A stretch of 64,000 nt of DNA from an uncultured Anaerolineae bacterium (GTDB taxonomy: Bacteria > Chloroflexota > Anaerolineae > Aggregatilineales > UBA3940). Position numbers and translations under genes: made by a program. This document shows, one piece after another, positions 56,098 to 64,000 of the stretch. Every line of letters starts with the position of its first letter. Position 1 is the stretch's first letter. A model generated the notes under the pieces. That model saw nothing but the letters and a program-made list of their open reading frames with translations. It was not told the DNA's origin and made no database searches. The stretch is from contig CAZRXG010000024.1 in the NCBI GenBank assembly GCA_964603985.1, positions 460 through 64,459 on the forward strand. The letters are read 5' to 3'.

Positions 56098-58356
56098 ATG
56101 GTGAAAAAACAACTTGTTTCTCTGTTCCTTCTCGTCAGTGTGCTGTTGAGTGCGTGCGCCTTCCTGCCGTCTTCCTCACCCACCTCATCGCCCTCGACCA
56201 GCGCTCAGGCCACTCCCACCGCCGTCGATGTCACGCAGGACCCCGACGGTGTCGCCAACGCCTTTTTGAGTGCCTGGATGGCGGGCGATTACGCGGGCAT
56301 GTACAGTTTGCTCTCGCCAAATAGCCAACTCGAGTACAGCCTCGAAGAATTCACCGACACCTATGCCACCACGGCGGGGACGATGACACAGGTCGGCGTT
56401 GAGGCGACGCCGCTGTCCGCCCTCCAGTCCACCGGGACGACGGCGCAACTGGTCTTCCACGTGAAGTATACGACCCACGCGCTGGGTGAGATCGAACAAG
56501 AGACGACCATGAACCTGGTCTTCGACGACGAGCGCTGGGGCGTCGCCTGGACACCGGCGTTGATCTTCCCTGAGTTGGCCGGAGGCAATACTCTCCAGCT
56601 TGAGGTCGAGACACCCGCCCGCGCCAACATCTACGACCGCAACGGCCAGTGGCTGGTGGCGGCCAACGCCGAGGCGTTCACCGTCCAGATCGTTCCTGGC
56701 GAGATCAGCTCGGACTACGAAGGCCGGATGCTCAATCTGCTCAGCCAGGTCCTGCGCATCCCACCCGACGAGATCCGGCAGAACTATGCGGGTCTGCCCG
56801 AAGATCAGTACTGGGCACTTGGTGACGCCGACGCCGAGACTATCCAGGCCAACTGGAGCGCTCTCAGCAGCTACCCCGGCCTTTACTTCGCCGAGAAAAC
56901 CGGGCGTCGCTACTTCAACCTGCTTGCCCCCCACGTCCTGGGCTACACCAGCTTCATCCCCGAAGAGCAGTTGGATGCCTACAAGGGCCGTGGCTACCGG
57001 GGTGACGAGATCGTCGGGTTGAGCGGGTTGGAGCTGTGGGGCGAGACTTACCTGGCCGGAACGGCGGGCGGCATCTTAAGCGCCTACACACCCAGTGGCG
57101 AGTACTTCGCCGAGGTTGCCCGGCGCAGTCCCGAGCCTGCCCAGGGCGTCTATACTACCATCGATAAAGAGTTGCAGGCTATCGTCCAGGACGCGATTGA
57201 GGAAGCCTACCGCGTTTCGACCGAGACGTGGGCGCCCACCTCAGGCGGCGCAGCGGTAGTCGTTCTGGATGTCAATAGCGGCGATGTCCTGGCTATGGCC
57301 AGCTACCCGTACTTCGACCCCAATGTGCTGCATCCCTACAACAACCACCCCCAGGCTACCCCGGAGTACCTGAGCAACCTGTTTAACGACCCTCGCAAGC
57401 CCTTCCTGAACCGCGCGACGCAGGGCCTATACCCCGCTGGCTCGATCTTCAAGATCATCTCGGCGGCGACCGCGCTGGGGAGTGGCCTCTACGATCCCGA
57501 CACCACGTACACCTGCACCGGTGTGTGGGATGGGCTTGGCAGCGACCCCGAAAACCTGCGCTACGACTGGTACGAAGAGGGACACGGCACGCTCAACCTT
57601 CCGCAGGCTCTGACGGCCTCGTGCAACCCCTATTTCTATCAGGTTGGCTTTGTCACCGGCAAGGAGGACTTCAGCCTGCTTGCGGATTACGCCCGCCAGT
57701 TCGGGTTAGGGCAGGAGCTAGGCATCCAGATCGCAGAGGAAGCCGGGCAGGTCCCCGATCCCGACTGGCTGTGGCAGGAGCGCGGTGAGCAGTGGGACAT
57801 CGCGGACAGCGTCAATGTCGCCATCGGGCAGGGGCCTATTCAGGTCACGCCGCTCCAGATGGCCGTTATGGTGGCCACCATCGCCAACGGCGGGACGGTC
57901 TACCAGCCCCAGCTTGTGGATCGCATCGGCCTGATCGGCGAGGAGCCGATCCTCGTCTTTGAGCCGGTCGTGCTCAATACGGTTCCGCTTGAGCCGGAGC
58001 ATTTTGAGGCCATCCGCGAGGGCATGCGCGGAGTGGTAAACAATCCGACGATCGGCACTGCCCAGTACCGGCTGGGCAGCATGGGAATCTCCGCCGCCGG
58101 GAAGACCGGCACGGCCCAGGTCTCCAAGCCGGGCGCTCCACCCATCGCCTGGTTTATCGGCTTCGTCCCTTACGAGGAGCCCGAGCTTGCCATCGCGGTG
58201 ATGGTTGAGAACAGTGGACAGGGATCCGGCGTAGCCGCGCCGATCTTCCGCCGCATCGTCGAGCGTTGGTACGGGCTGAGTGTGCTCCCCTACCCAGGAG
58301 ACTGGAGCGACCCGGAGCTTTTCGACTTCGTCACGGACGAGGTCCTCGGCGAGTAG
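56098..58356 (+). CDS. class B penicillin-binding protein (PBP2-like transpeptidase) with N-terminal NTF2-like domain
   Basis: Lipoprotein-like signal (LLVSVLLSAC). SxxK (GSIFKII), SxN (TASCNPYF) and KTGT motifs. AGGAG SD. Confidence 0.9.
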   Translation: MVKKQLVSLFLLVSVLLSACAFLPSSSPTSSPSTSAQATPTAVDVTQDPDGVANAFLSAWMAGDYAGMYSLLSPNSQLEYSLEEFTDTYATTAGTMTQVGVEATPLSALQSTGTTAQLVFHVKYTTHALGEIEQETTMNLVFDDERWGVAWTPALIFPELAGGNTLQLEVETPARANIYDRNGQWLVAANAEAFTVQIVPGEISSDYEGRMLNLLSQVLRIPPDEIRQNYAGLPEDQYWALGDADAETIQANWSALSSYPGLYFAEKTGRRYFNLLAPHVLGYTSFIPEEQLDAYKGRGYRGDEIVGLSGLELWGETYLAGTAGGILSAYTPSGEYFAEVARRSPEPAQGVYTTIDKELQAIVQDAIEEAYRVSTETWAPTSGGAAVVVLDVNSGDVLAMASYPYFDPNVLHPYNNHPQATPEYLSNLFNDPRKPFLNRATQGLYPAGSIFKIISAATALGSGLYDPDTTYTCTGVWDGLGSDPENLRYDWYEEGHGTLNLPQALTASCNPYFYQVGFVTGKEDFSLLADYARQFGLGQELGIQIAEEAGQVPDPDWLWQERGEQWDIADSVNVAIGQGPIQVTPLQMAVMVATIANGGTVYQPQLVDRIGLIGEEPILVFEPVVLNTVPLEPEHFEAIREGMRGVVNNPTIGTAQYRLGSMGISAAGKTGTAQVSKPGAPPIAWFIGFVPYEEPELAIAVMVENSGQGSGVAAPIFRRIVERWYGLSVLPYPGDWSDPELFDFVTDEVLGE

Positions 58357-58380
58357 CTCTCACGCTGTGGCCGTGAATCA

Positions 58381-58419
58381 GACACCCCCCGGCTGGCGAG
58401 ACCTATGCCGGGGGGTGTC
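58381..58419. terminator. 13-bp perfect hairpin between convergent PBP and VWA genes
   Basis: GACACCCCCCGGC, a 13-nt loop, then GCCGGGGGGTGTC. No U-run on either side. Confidence 0.5.
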
Positions 58420-58437
58420 ATCATGCCCGGTGGAAAT

Positions 58438-59415
58438 CTAGGCCTGCCCGACCTTCATCTCCTCGCGCACGGTGTGGTACAGCAGATCCGCCCGCAACTC
58501 TTGCAGTGTGTAGCACGGGCCGTCCAACCGGTCGGCCAGTTGCTTGGCTAAGCCCTGGTCAAAGCTGGCGTGCTCCATGTTGATCACGACCGACCGGATG
58601 TCCGTCTCGCGGATCTGGTCGGCGATCAGGTGCGCCTCCTCCTGGGGGGGCAGGTTGCCCATCGAGACGTTGCCCGCCCCGTCGGTCAGCAGGATCAGCA
58701 GCGGCATGGCATCCGGGTGCGAGAGTTTATCGCGCTTGAAGACCTCCAGGGTCAGCGCCAGCCCGGCCGAGAGCGGCGTTTTCCCGCCCACAGGAATATC
58801 GACCAGTGCCTTCCTGGCTAGCTCCACCGAGTTGGTCGGCGGCAGGACGAGCTGCGCCCGGTCCTTCTGGAAGACGACCAGCCCGACCCGGTCCCGCCGC
58901 TGGTAGGCGTCGGTCAGCAGCGACATGATCGCGCCTTTGGTAGCCGACATACGCTCGGCCACGGCCATGCTCCACGAAGCATCGACCACGAACACCACTA
59001 GGTTGGCCTGCTTCTTGACGCGCACCTTGCGCTGCAAATCGTGCTTCCGGATGGCAAAGGCGAGATCCCCCCTGTCGCGCTCTATCTGGTAGGGTGCTGC
59101 TGCCCGTATCGTGGCGTCGAAGGCAATGTCGCTTGTGCCATCGTGGGCCGGGCGTGCCTGGATGTAGCGCCCGCGCTTGAGATCGGTGGGCGATTGGCTG
59201 CGCCGACCGCTCTGCCGCCGCGTGAGCCGGTCGAGTTTGGTATCCAGCTGTCGTGTGATTTTGAACTCTTCGCCGGGCTGAACTTCCTGCCCGCCTTCCC
59301 ACCAGTGCGCGTCCTGGGTCTGGAAGACTACCTGCTGGCGGGCGGCCTCGGTGGGGGTCGCCTCCGGCGTCTCGTCAACGGGGGCGCTCTCGTCTAATAC
59401 GTCATGTTTTTTTTT
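58438..59415 (-). CDS. VWA-domain reading frame (ChlD-like C-terminal half), reachable only by a frame change from the upstream gene
   Basis: VWA MIDAS motif VVFVVDASWSM. The track start is a TTG at 59037, but the frame is open and protein-like up to 59442 with no ATG/GTG/TTG in those 135 codons. It joins the ChlI-like frame at the A9 run. Confidence 0.6.
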   Translation of the reverse strand, partial: KKKHDVLDESAPVDETPEATPTEAARQQVVFQTQDAHWWEGGQEVQPGEEFKITRQLDTKLDRLTRRQSGRRSQSPTDLKRGRYIQARPAHDGTSDIAFDATIRAAAPYQIERDRGDLAFAIRKHDLQRKVRVKKQANLVVFVVDASWSMAVAERMSATKGAIMSLLTDAYQRRDRVGLVVFQKDRAQLVLPPTNSVELARKALVDIPVGGKTPLSAGLALTLEVFKRDKLSHPDAMPLLILLTDGAGNVSMGNLPPQEEAHLIADQIRETDIRSVVINMEHASFDQGLAKQLADRLDGPCYTLQELRADLLYHTVREEMKVGQA

Positions 59416-60500
59416 ACTTCCAGGCCCTCGTCGGCCATCTGCTCATCGGCCATCCCAGACGACTCATCCCCGCTGCGAGCCTGCTCGAGGCGTTCTTCGA
59501 GGTCATGCAGGCTGACCGGAGTCTCATCGAGGGGGCTGCGTTTGAGGCGATGCGGCAGCGCCAGTTCGGCTGCCAGCAGGATGTCGTGCTCGGTGATGGT
59601 GCTTCGCCCGTCGAAGGCGGCGTGTGCCCGTGCCGTCTTGAGAATGACCAGGTCGGCGCGGTGCCCATCCACGTGCAGGCTGGCCGTCAGGTTGGCGATG
59701 GTGGACAGGTCGCGGCGCGTGTAGGTGACTTGGTCAACGATCTGCTTTGCGTGGGCTACCGTCCGTGAGAGTTGTTCCTCCTGGGGAAGCCATTCCTCAC
59801 GGAAGACGACCGGATCTTCCTCAAACTCGATGCACCGCTCCAACACGGCCATGCGTTCGGCTGAGTGAATCAGGCCACGCACATCGACGCACAGCGCGAA
59901 CCGGTCCAGCAGTTGGGGCCGCAGGTCACCTTCTTCCGGGTTCATCGTCCCGATCAACATGAAGCGCGCCGGGTGGGTGAAGCTGATTCCCTCCCGCTCA
60001 ACCACGTTGATGCCCATCGCCGCCGAGTCGAGCAGCAGGTCAACGACGTGATCGTCCAGCAGGTTCACCTCATCCACGTAAAGGATGCCCCGGTTGGCCG
60101 CCGCCAGCACCCCCGGCTCGAAGTGGCGCTCCCCGCGCTGGATGGCCTTCTCAATGTCCAACGTCCCGACCACACGGTCCTCGGTGGCGCTGACCGGCAG
60201 ATCCACCAGCCGGATGCGCCGGGTCGTGATGGGGAGATCCTCTCCCAGGGCAGAACGCTCGCGGCACTCGTCGCACCACGTCTCGGGGCGTTCGGGGTCG
60301 CAGCTAAACCGGCAGTCGGCCACGACCCGGATCTCCGGCAGCAAGGCTGCCAGCGCACGCGCAGCAGTGCTTTTCGCCGTGCCACGTTCTCCGCGAATCA
60401 GCACTCCCCCGATTCGCGGGTCAACGGCATTAAGAATCAGAGCGCGCATCATGCGCGCCTGCCCGACGATGGCTGTAAATGGGAAAATGACTGCGGACAT
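59394..60500 (-). CDS. ChlI/BchI-like AAA+ ATPase (Mg-chelatase I family)
   Basis: FPFTAIVGQARMMRALILNAVDPRIGGVLIRGERGTAKST (Walker A), ILYVDEVNLLDDH (Walker B), and the C-terminal helical domain. Confidence 0.88.
   Translation of the reverse strand: MSAVIFPFTAIVGQARMMRALILNAVDPRIGGVLIRGERGTAKSTAARALAALLPEIRVVADCRFSCDPERPETWCDECRERSALGEDLPITTRRIRLVDLPVSATEDRVVGTLDIEKAIQRGERHFEPGVLAAANRGILYVDEVNLLDDHVVDLLLDSAAMGINVVEREGISFTHPARFMLIGTMNPEEGDLRPQLLDRFALCVDVRGLIHSAERMAVLERCIEFEEDPVVFREEWLPQEEQLSRTVAHAKQIVDQVTYTRRDLSTIANLTASLHVDGHRADLVILKTARAHAAFDGRSTITEHDILLAAELALPHRLKRSPLDETPVSLHDLEERLEQARSGDESSGMADEQMADEGLEVKKNMTY
59407..59415 (-). other. A9 homopolymer / A_AAA_AAC slippery heptamer at the ChlI-VWA junction
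   Basis: T9 on the plus strand. In the ChlI frame the minus strand reads GTA AAA AAA AAC ATG ACG TAT TAG. The -1 frame reads AAA AAA AAA CAT GAC..., which is the VWA frame. Confidence 0.6.
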
Positions 60501-60565
60501 GAGATATCTCGTCTCGTGATGTCAATAAAGCGTTGGTCTGTTCTGTTTGGGTATTTCCCGGTGGG

Positions 60566-60595
60566 ATTATACCGCAGCCGCAGAAGCCGTAACAA
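60566..60595 (-). promoter_or_regulatory. candidate promoter for the ChlI-like gene
   Basis: Minus strand reads TTGTTA (60595-60590), 18-nt spacer, TATAAT (60571-60566). Confidence 0.4.
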
Positions 60596-60599
60596 GCGA

Positions 60600-61388
60600 C
60601 TAGAGAAGCAAGGTGGTCTCGCCTGCGTTCAGCCGGTGACGCTGGCCGGTATCATCGCGCAGCCACAGCGCGCCGCTTGGGTCAATATCCTCCGCCAGCC
60701 CCTCAAGTGACCCGCCCGGCACCCCGGCCCGGACCCGCTGTCCGATGGTCACGCAGCGCGCTCGCCACGCTTCGGGCAGCGCGTCGTCGCCCAAACGCGC
60801 GTACCAGCCACTCAACCGCGTCATGATCTCCGCCAGCAGGGCCGCCCGGTCGTGCTCACTGCCGGTCGCCACCCGCAGGCTGGTGGCCGTCTCGCCCAGA
60901 GGGTCGCCCGCTTCAAAGATCTGGTTCACGTTGATGCCCATCCCCACCACGATCCACAGCAGGTCTTCGCCCACAACGGCGCTCTCCGGCAGTATCCCGG
61001 CGAATTTCTTCCCGCCGATCTGTAAGTCATTCGGCCACTTCACCACGACCTGCACGTCCGCCAGTGCTTCGCACGCCTCGGCAATTGCCAGCCCGCAGGC
61101 CGTCACAACCCGGTAGGCTATCCCCGGCGGTATCCCCGGACGGAAGATCACCGACATCAGCAGGCTGGTGTTGGGTGGCGCTTCCCACACCCGGCCCATG
61201 CGACCCCGCCCGGCGGTCTGCTCGTCCGTGATGACCAGTGTGCCCTCCGGCGCGTGGTTGGCGGCCAGCTCGCGGGCCAGGCCGTTCGTCGAGCCAATGC
61301 GCGGGTGATAGTGCACGTTGGCTCCAAAAGGGCCGGTCTCCCGCCCACATAGGACGTTCCAGATAAGGCGCGTCGAAAGTGGTCGCAT
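60600..61388 (-). CDS. birA: biotin--[acetyl-CoA-carboxylase] ligase (group I, no HTH)
   Basis: GRGRMGRVWEAPP biotin-binding loop and KWPNDL. At 262 aa there is no N-terminal repressor domain. Confidence 0.9.
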   Translation of the reverse strand: MRPLSTRLIWNVLCGRETGPFGANVHYHPRIGSTNGLARELAANHAPEGTLVITDEQTAGRGRMGRVWEAPPNTSLLMSVIFRPGIPPGIAYRVVTACGLAIAEACEALADVQVVVKWPNDLQIGGKKFAGILPESAVVGEDLLWIVVGMGINVNQIFEAGDPLGETATSLRVATGSEHDRAALLAEIMTRLSGWYARLGDDALPEAWRARCVTIGQRVRAGVPGGSLEGLAEDIDPSGALWLRDDTGQRHRLNAGETTLLL

Positions 61389-61403
61389 GATCTCCCTTCG
61401 CCG

Positions 61404-63098
61404 CTACAGTGATGTGCTCATGTAGAGCCTGCCCAGCTCGAAACCCTGCCGCCGATAATACTCCCGTGTCCCGACGGCGGCAATGACGGCCAGCCGCGTG
61501 TAGCCCGCTGCCTGCGCTCGCCTGCGCGCCTCCTCAATCAGCCGCCCGCCGATGCCCTGGTGCTGCGCCTGCCCATCGGACTCGTCATCCAGCGCCAGCG
61601 CCGGGCCGTAGACCTGCACCTGCCGGATGATCGCCTGTCCGTTGACCTCCTCGATGGGGGCCGGGGCCGTCGGCAGCGAGAGGCGCAGGAAGCCCGCCAG
61701 CCGGTCGCCCGGCGTGACGGCGCTGATGAACACCTCGCGGCTGTGGTCGGTGTCATAGGGAATCGCTGCAATGCGGATCTCCGCCGGGTCGACCCGCTCA
61801 CCGCGCACTTCGCGGCAGCGGATGCAGCGGCAGGGTGTCCCGGCCTCGACGAGCCTGCGCTGTACGATCTGCCGCAGGTTGGAGGTGACCACCCCATCGA
61901 CGATCTCCGGCGCAGGGATGTCGCGCATCACCCGATTGAGGCGGCAGTATTCCGGCACCAGCCTCTTGCAGGCCGCCAGCAGCCCGGTAAGCTCTTCCTC
62001 ACTGTAGGGGTGATACTCGCCGTGCAGGTAGTGATCGTACAGTTCGGTGCCGCGCAGCAGGCCGGTAGGATAGAGCTTCATCTCATCCGGGCGGAGGGCC
62101 GGGTCATCCCAGAAGCGCCGGAAATCGGCCAGGTCGGACTCCGGCGTCGCGCCGAGCAGATTCGGCATCCAGTGCAGGGCCACTTTGAACCCCGCGCCCC
62201 GCAGCAGTCGTACTGCCCGCCGGGCGTCGGCGACGGTCTCACCGCGCCTGTTGCGCGCCAGGATCTGATCGTCGAGGCTCTGGACGCCCAGTTGCACGCG
62301 CGTGACGCCCAACCGACGCAGGCGGCGTGTCTCCTCCAGGGTGATATAGTCAGGGCGGGTTTCGACGGTCAGGCCGACGTTGCGGTGGGACGCGCGCTCA
62401 TTGAGGCAGTGCGCCTCTTCGAGCGTTGCCGCCTCGACGCCGTTCATCGCATCGAAGCAGCGCCGGACAAACCACTCCTGGTAGTCATGCGGGTAGCTCG
62501 ACCACGTGCCGCCCAGGATCAGCAGCTCGACCTTGTCGGTCGTGTGGCCGATGTTGCCCATCGCCCCCAGGCGGAAGGCGACCTGCTGGTAGGGGTCAAA
62601 CTCCAGCATCAGCGCGCGCATCGCGCCTGGCTCGTTGCTGAGGTAGCTTTTGGGCATGCGGAGGTCGTCCGGGCAGAAGATACACGTGCCGGGGCAGGGG
62701 ACGGGCTTAGTGAGCACGGTGACGGGCGCTACCCCGCTCAGCGTGCGGGTGGGCTTCATCGTCAGGCGGCGCAGGACAAGCTCGTCCGCCTCAACGGCTC
62801 CGACCTCAACCAATGCCAGGTAGCCGCGCCGCAGGTTAGCCTTGCTGGTTTGCGGGTGGCCCGCGCGCGCCATGCGGCGCGAGATGTGGTTATACGACTC
62901 GCCGTCCCAGTCCGGCTCGGCCCGGATCGCTTCCACATAAGCCAGGATGTGCTTCCGCTCGGCATCCAGGTCGACCGGGCGAGCGTTGCGGGCGCGCCAC
63001 CGGGCCTGCTGCTGTGGCGACGTGCCTTTGGCGCGTGGCACGAATGCGTGTCCGGGGCGGCGCTGCCTGTGCGGTGCAGTGTTGAATTGCTCGCTCAC
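61404..63098 (-). CDS. elp3: bacterial Elp3-like radical SAM / GNAT enzyme
   Basis: Radical SAM cluster motif CPGTCIFCP, the central Elp3 region, and a C-terminal GNAT motif QHQGIGGRLIEEA. Confidence 0.85.
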   Translation of the reverse strand: MSEQFNTAPHRQRRPGHAFVPRAKGTSPQQQARWRARNARPVDLDAERKHILAYVEAIRAEPDWDGESYNHISRRMARAGHPQTSKANLRRGYLALVEVGAVEADELVLRRLTMKPTRTLSGVAPVTVLTKPVPCPGTCIFCPDDLRMPKSYLSNEPGAMRALMLEFDPYQQVAFRLGAMGNIGHTTDKVELLILGGTWSSYPHDYQEWFVRRCFDAMNGVEAATLEEAHCLNERASHRNVGLTVETRPDYITLEETRRLRRLGVTRVQLGVQSLDDQILARNRRGETVADARRAVRLLRGAGFKVALHWMPNLLGATPESDLADFRRFWDDPALRPDEMKLYPTGLLRGTELYDHYLHGEYHPYSEEELTGLLAACKRLVPEYCRLNRVMRDIPAPEIVDGVVTSNLRQIVQRRLVEAGTPCRCIRCREVRGERVDPAEIRIAAIPYDTDHSREVFISAVTPGDRLAGFLRLSLPTAPAPIEEVNGQAIIRQVQVYGPALALDDESDGQAQHQGIGGRLIEEARRRAQAAGYTRLAVIAAVGTREYYRRQGFELGRLYMSTSL

Positions 63099-63207
63099 CG
63101 TGAGTCCCGACTCTGAGAGTTACAGTGGTGTTGGGGTGATAATACCGGAGATGGAGGTGGGGGGCAATCGGACTGTTCGCGCGCCGTCGCGGCGTCATTC
63201 TCCTTAT

Positions 63208-64000
63208 CTACCACACCCCACCCTGCGCGCGACGCAGCTTGGTCAGGATGTCCTCCAGGCCCACCGGCAGCGGCGCGTCAAAGCGCAGCCGCTCGCCCGT
63301 CGAGGGCGAGTCAACGTGCAGCTCGGCAGCATGCAGGAACAACCGCTTCATCTTGATGCGCTGCCTGCGGTAGCCGTACACCCGGTCCCCGACGACGGGA
63401 TGCCCCAACCAGGCCAGATGTACGCGGATCTGGTGCGTGCGCCCGGTCTGCGGTTCGACCTTGAGCAGGGTGTGGGTGGTCAGGTCTTCGAGCACATCAT
63501 AGCGCGTGGCGGATGGACGCCCATCGTGCACCACGGCCATGCGTTTGCGCTGTTTGGGATCGCGCCCGATGGGTGCTTCGATGATGCCCTCGCTGCTGGC
63601 GGGCACCCCCTCAACCAGGGCGAGGTAGCGCTTGTAGATCGTGCGTGCCTTGAACTGCGCCTGCAAAGCGGCCAGCGCGTCGGGGGTTTTAGCCAGGACG
63701 ACCACGCCGGAGGTTCCCTTATCCAGCCGGTGCACGATCCCCGCCCGCTCCTCCCCACCAACCCCACGCATCTGCGGCCAGCGCGCCAGCGCCGCGTTGA
63801 CCAGCGTGCCGCTCCAGTTGCCGAAAGCGGGATGCACTACCATGCCCGCCGGTTTATTGACGGCAACCAGGTCGGCGTCTTCATACAGCACGTCCAGTGG
63901 GATGTCTTCGGGGAGAACTTCCTGTGCTTCGGGGGGCGGTATTGCGATGGTGATCTCGTCACCCGCCGAGAGCCGGTAGGCAGGCTTAGCCGGGTGCGCG
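63208..64000 (-). CDS. rluD: RluA/RluD-family pseudouridine synthase (5' end outside the window)
   Basis: HRLDKGTSGVVVLAKT catalytic motif. The frame stays open upstream of the track GTG (63891) to the window edge (…KPAYRLSAGDEITIAIPPPEAQEVLPEDIPLDVLYED…). Confidence 0.85.
   Translation of the reverse strand, partial: AHPAKPAYRLSAGDEITIAIPPPEAQEVLPEDIPLDVLYEDADLVAVNKPAGMVVHPAFGNWSGTLVNAALARWPQMRGVGGEERAGIVHRLDKGTSGVVVLAKTPDALAALQAQFKARTIYKRYLALVEGVPASSEGIIEAPIGRDPKQRKRMAVVHDGRPSATRYDVLEDLTTHTLLKVEPQTGRTHQIRVHLAWLGHPVVGDRVYGYRRQRIKMKRLFLHAAELHVDSPSTGERLRFDAPLPVGLEDILTKLRRAQGGVW

Noticed and set aside
59041-59397. 118-aa plus-strand ORF filling the apparent gap between the VWA and ChlI-like genes.
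   Set aside because: It is antisense to the open, protein-like upstream extension of the VWA frame, which carries ChlD-like linker and pre-VWA sequence. Low-complexity translation with no SD.

Overview
High-GC, gene-dense chromosomal window with about 60 protein genes and one tRNA. I see no rRNA, CRISPR array, transposase or integrase. The gene content (bacterial Elp3, aldehyde:ferredoxin oxidoreductase, sortase, LysM and Pro/Thr-linker envelope proteins, frequent GTG/TTG starts, leaderless-looking promoters) gives a Chloroflexota-like impression. That is not a computed assignment.

Left to right, the window holds:
- mutL, then a LysM protein and an HD / nucleotidyltransferase pair.
- A SWIM protein, then PIG-L deacetylase, amidohydrolase and a GT4 glycosyltransferase.
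- AOR and a Cys/Met PLP enzyme.
- A FadR-type regulator with an AGPS-like flavoenzyme, GlpD and an FGGY kinase, followed by panE.
- An unexplained cluster of two ArsA/Get3-like ATPases with two copies of a small conserved protein.
- cstA with two glutaredoxin-like paralogs.
- A complete, translationally coupled hisGDCBHAFIE-purH operon, preceded by a His-codon leader peptide and terminator, and followed by a HAD hydrolase.
- A methyltransferase, sortase, tRNA-Pro, TPR protein, DUF4013 protein and a receiver domain.
- An 11-kb array of five clan GH-A hydrolase genes, three of them about 900-aa tandem paralogs.
- A DUF1624 protein, a cNMP-binding protein and PBP2.
- A ChlI-like AAA+ gene whose downstream VWA frame has no start codon and is reachable only through an A9 slippery run.
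- birA, Elp3 and a truncated rluD-like gene.

The best candidates for new biology are the ArsA-pair / small-protein cluster and the ChlI/VWA recoding site. The many long antisense ORFs in the track are high-GC artefacts.
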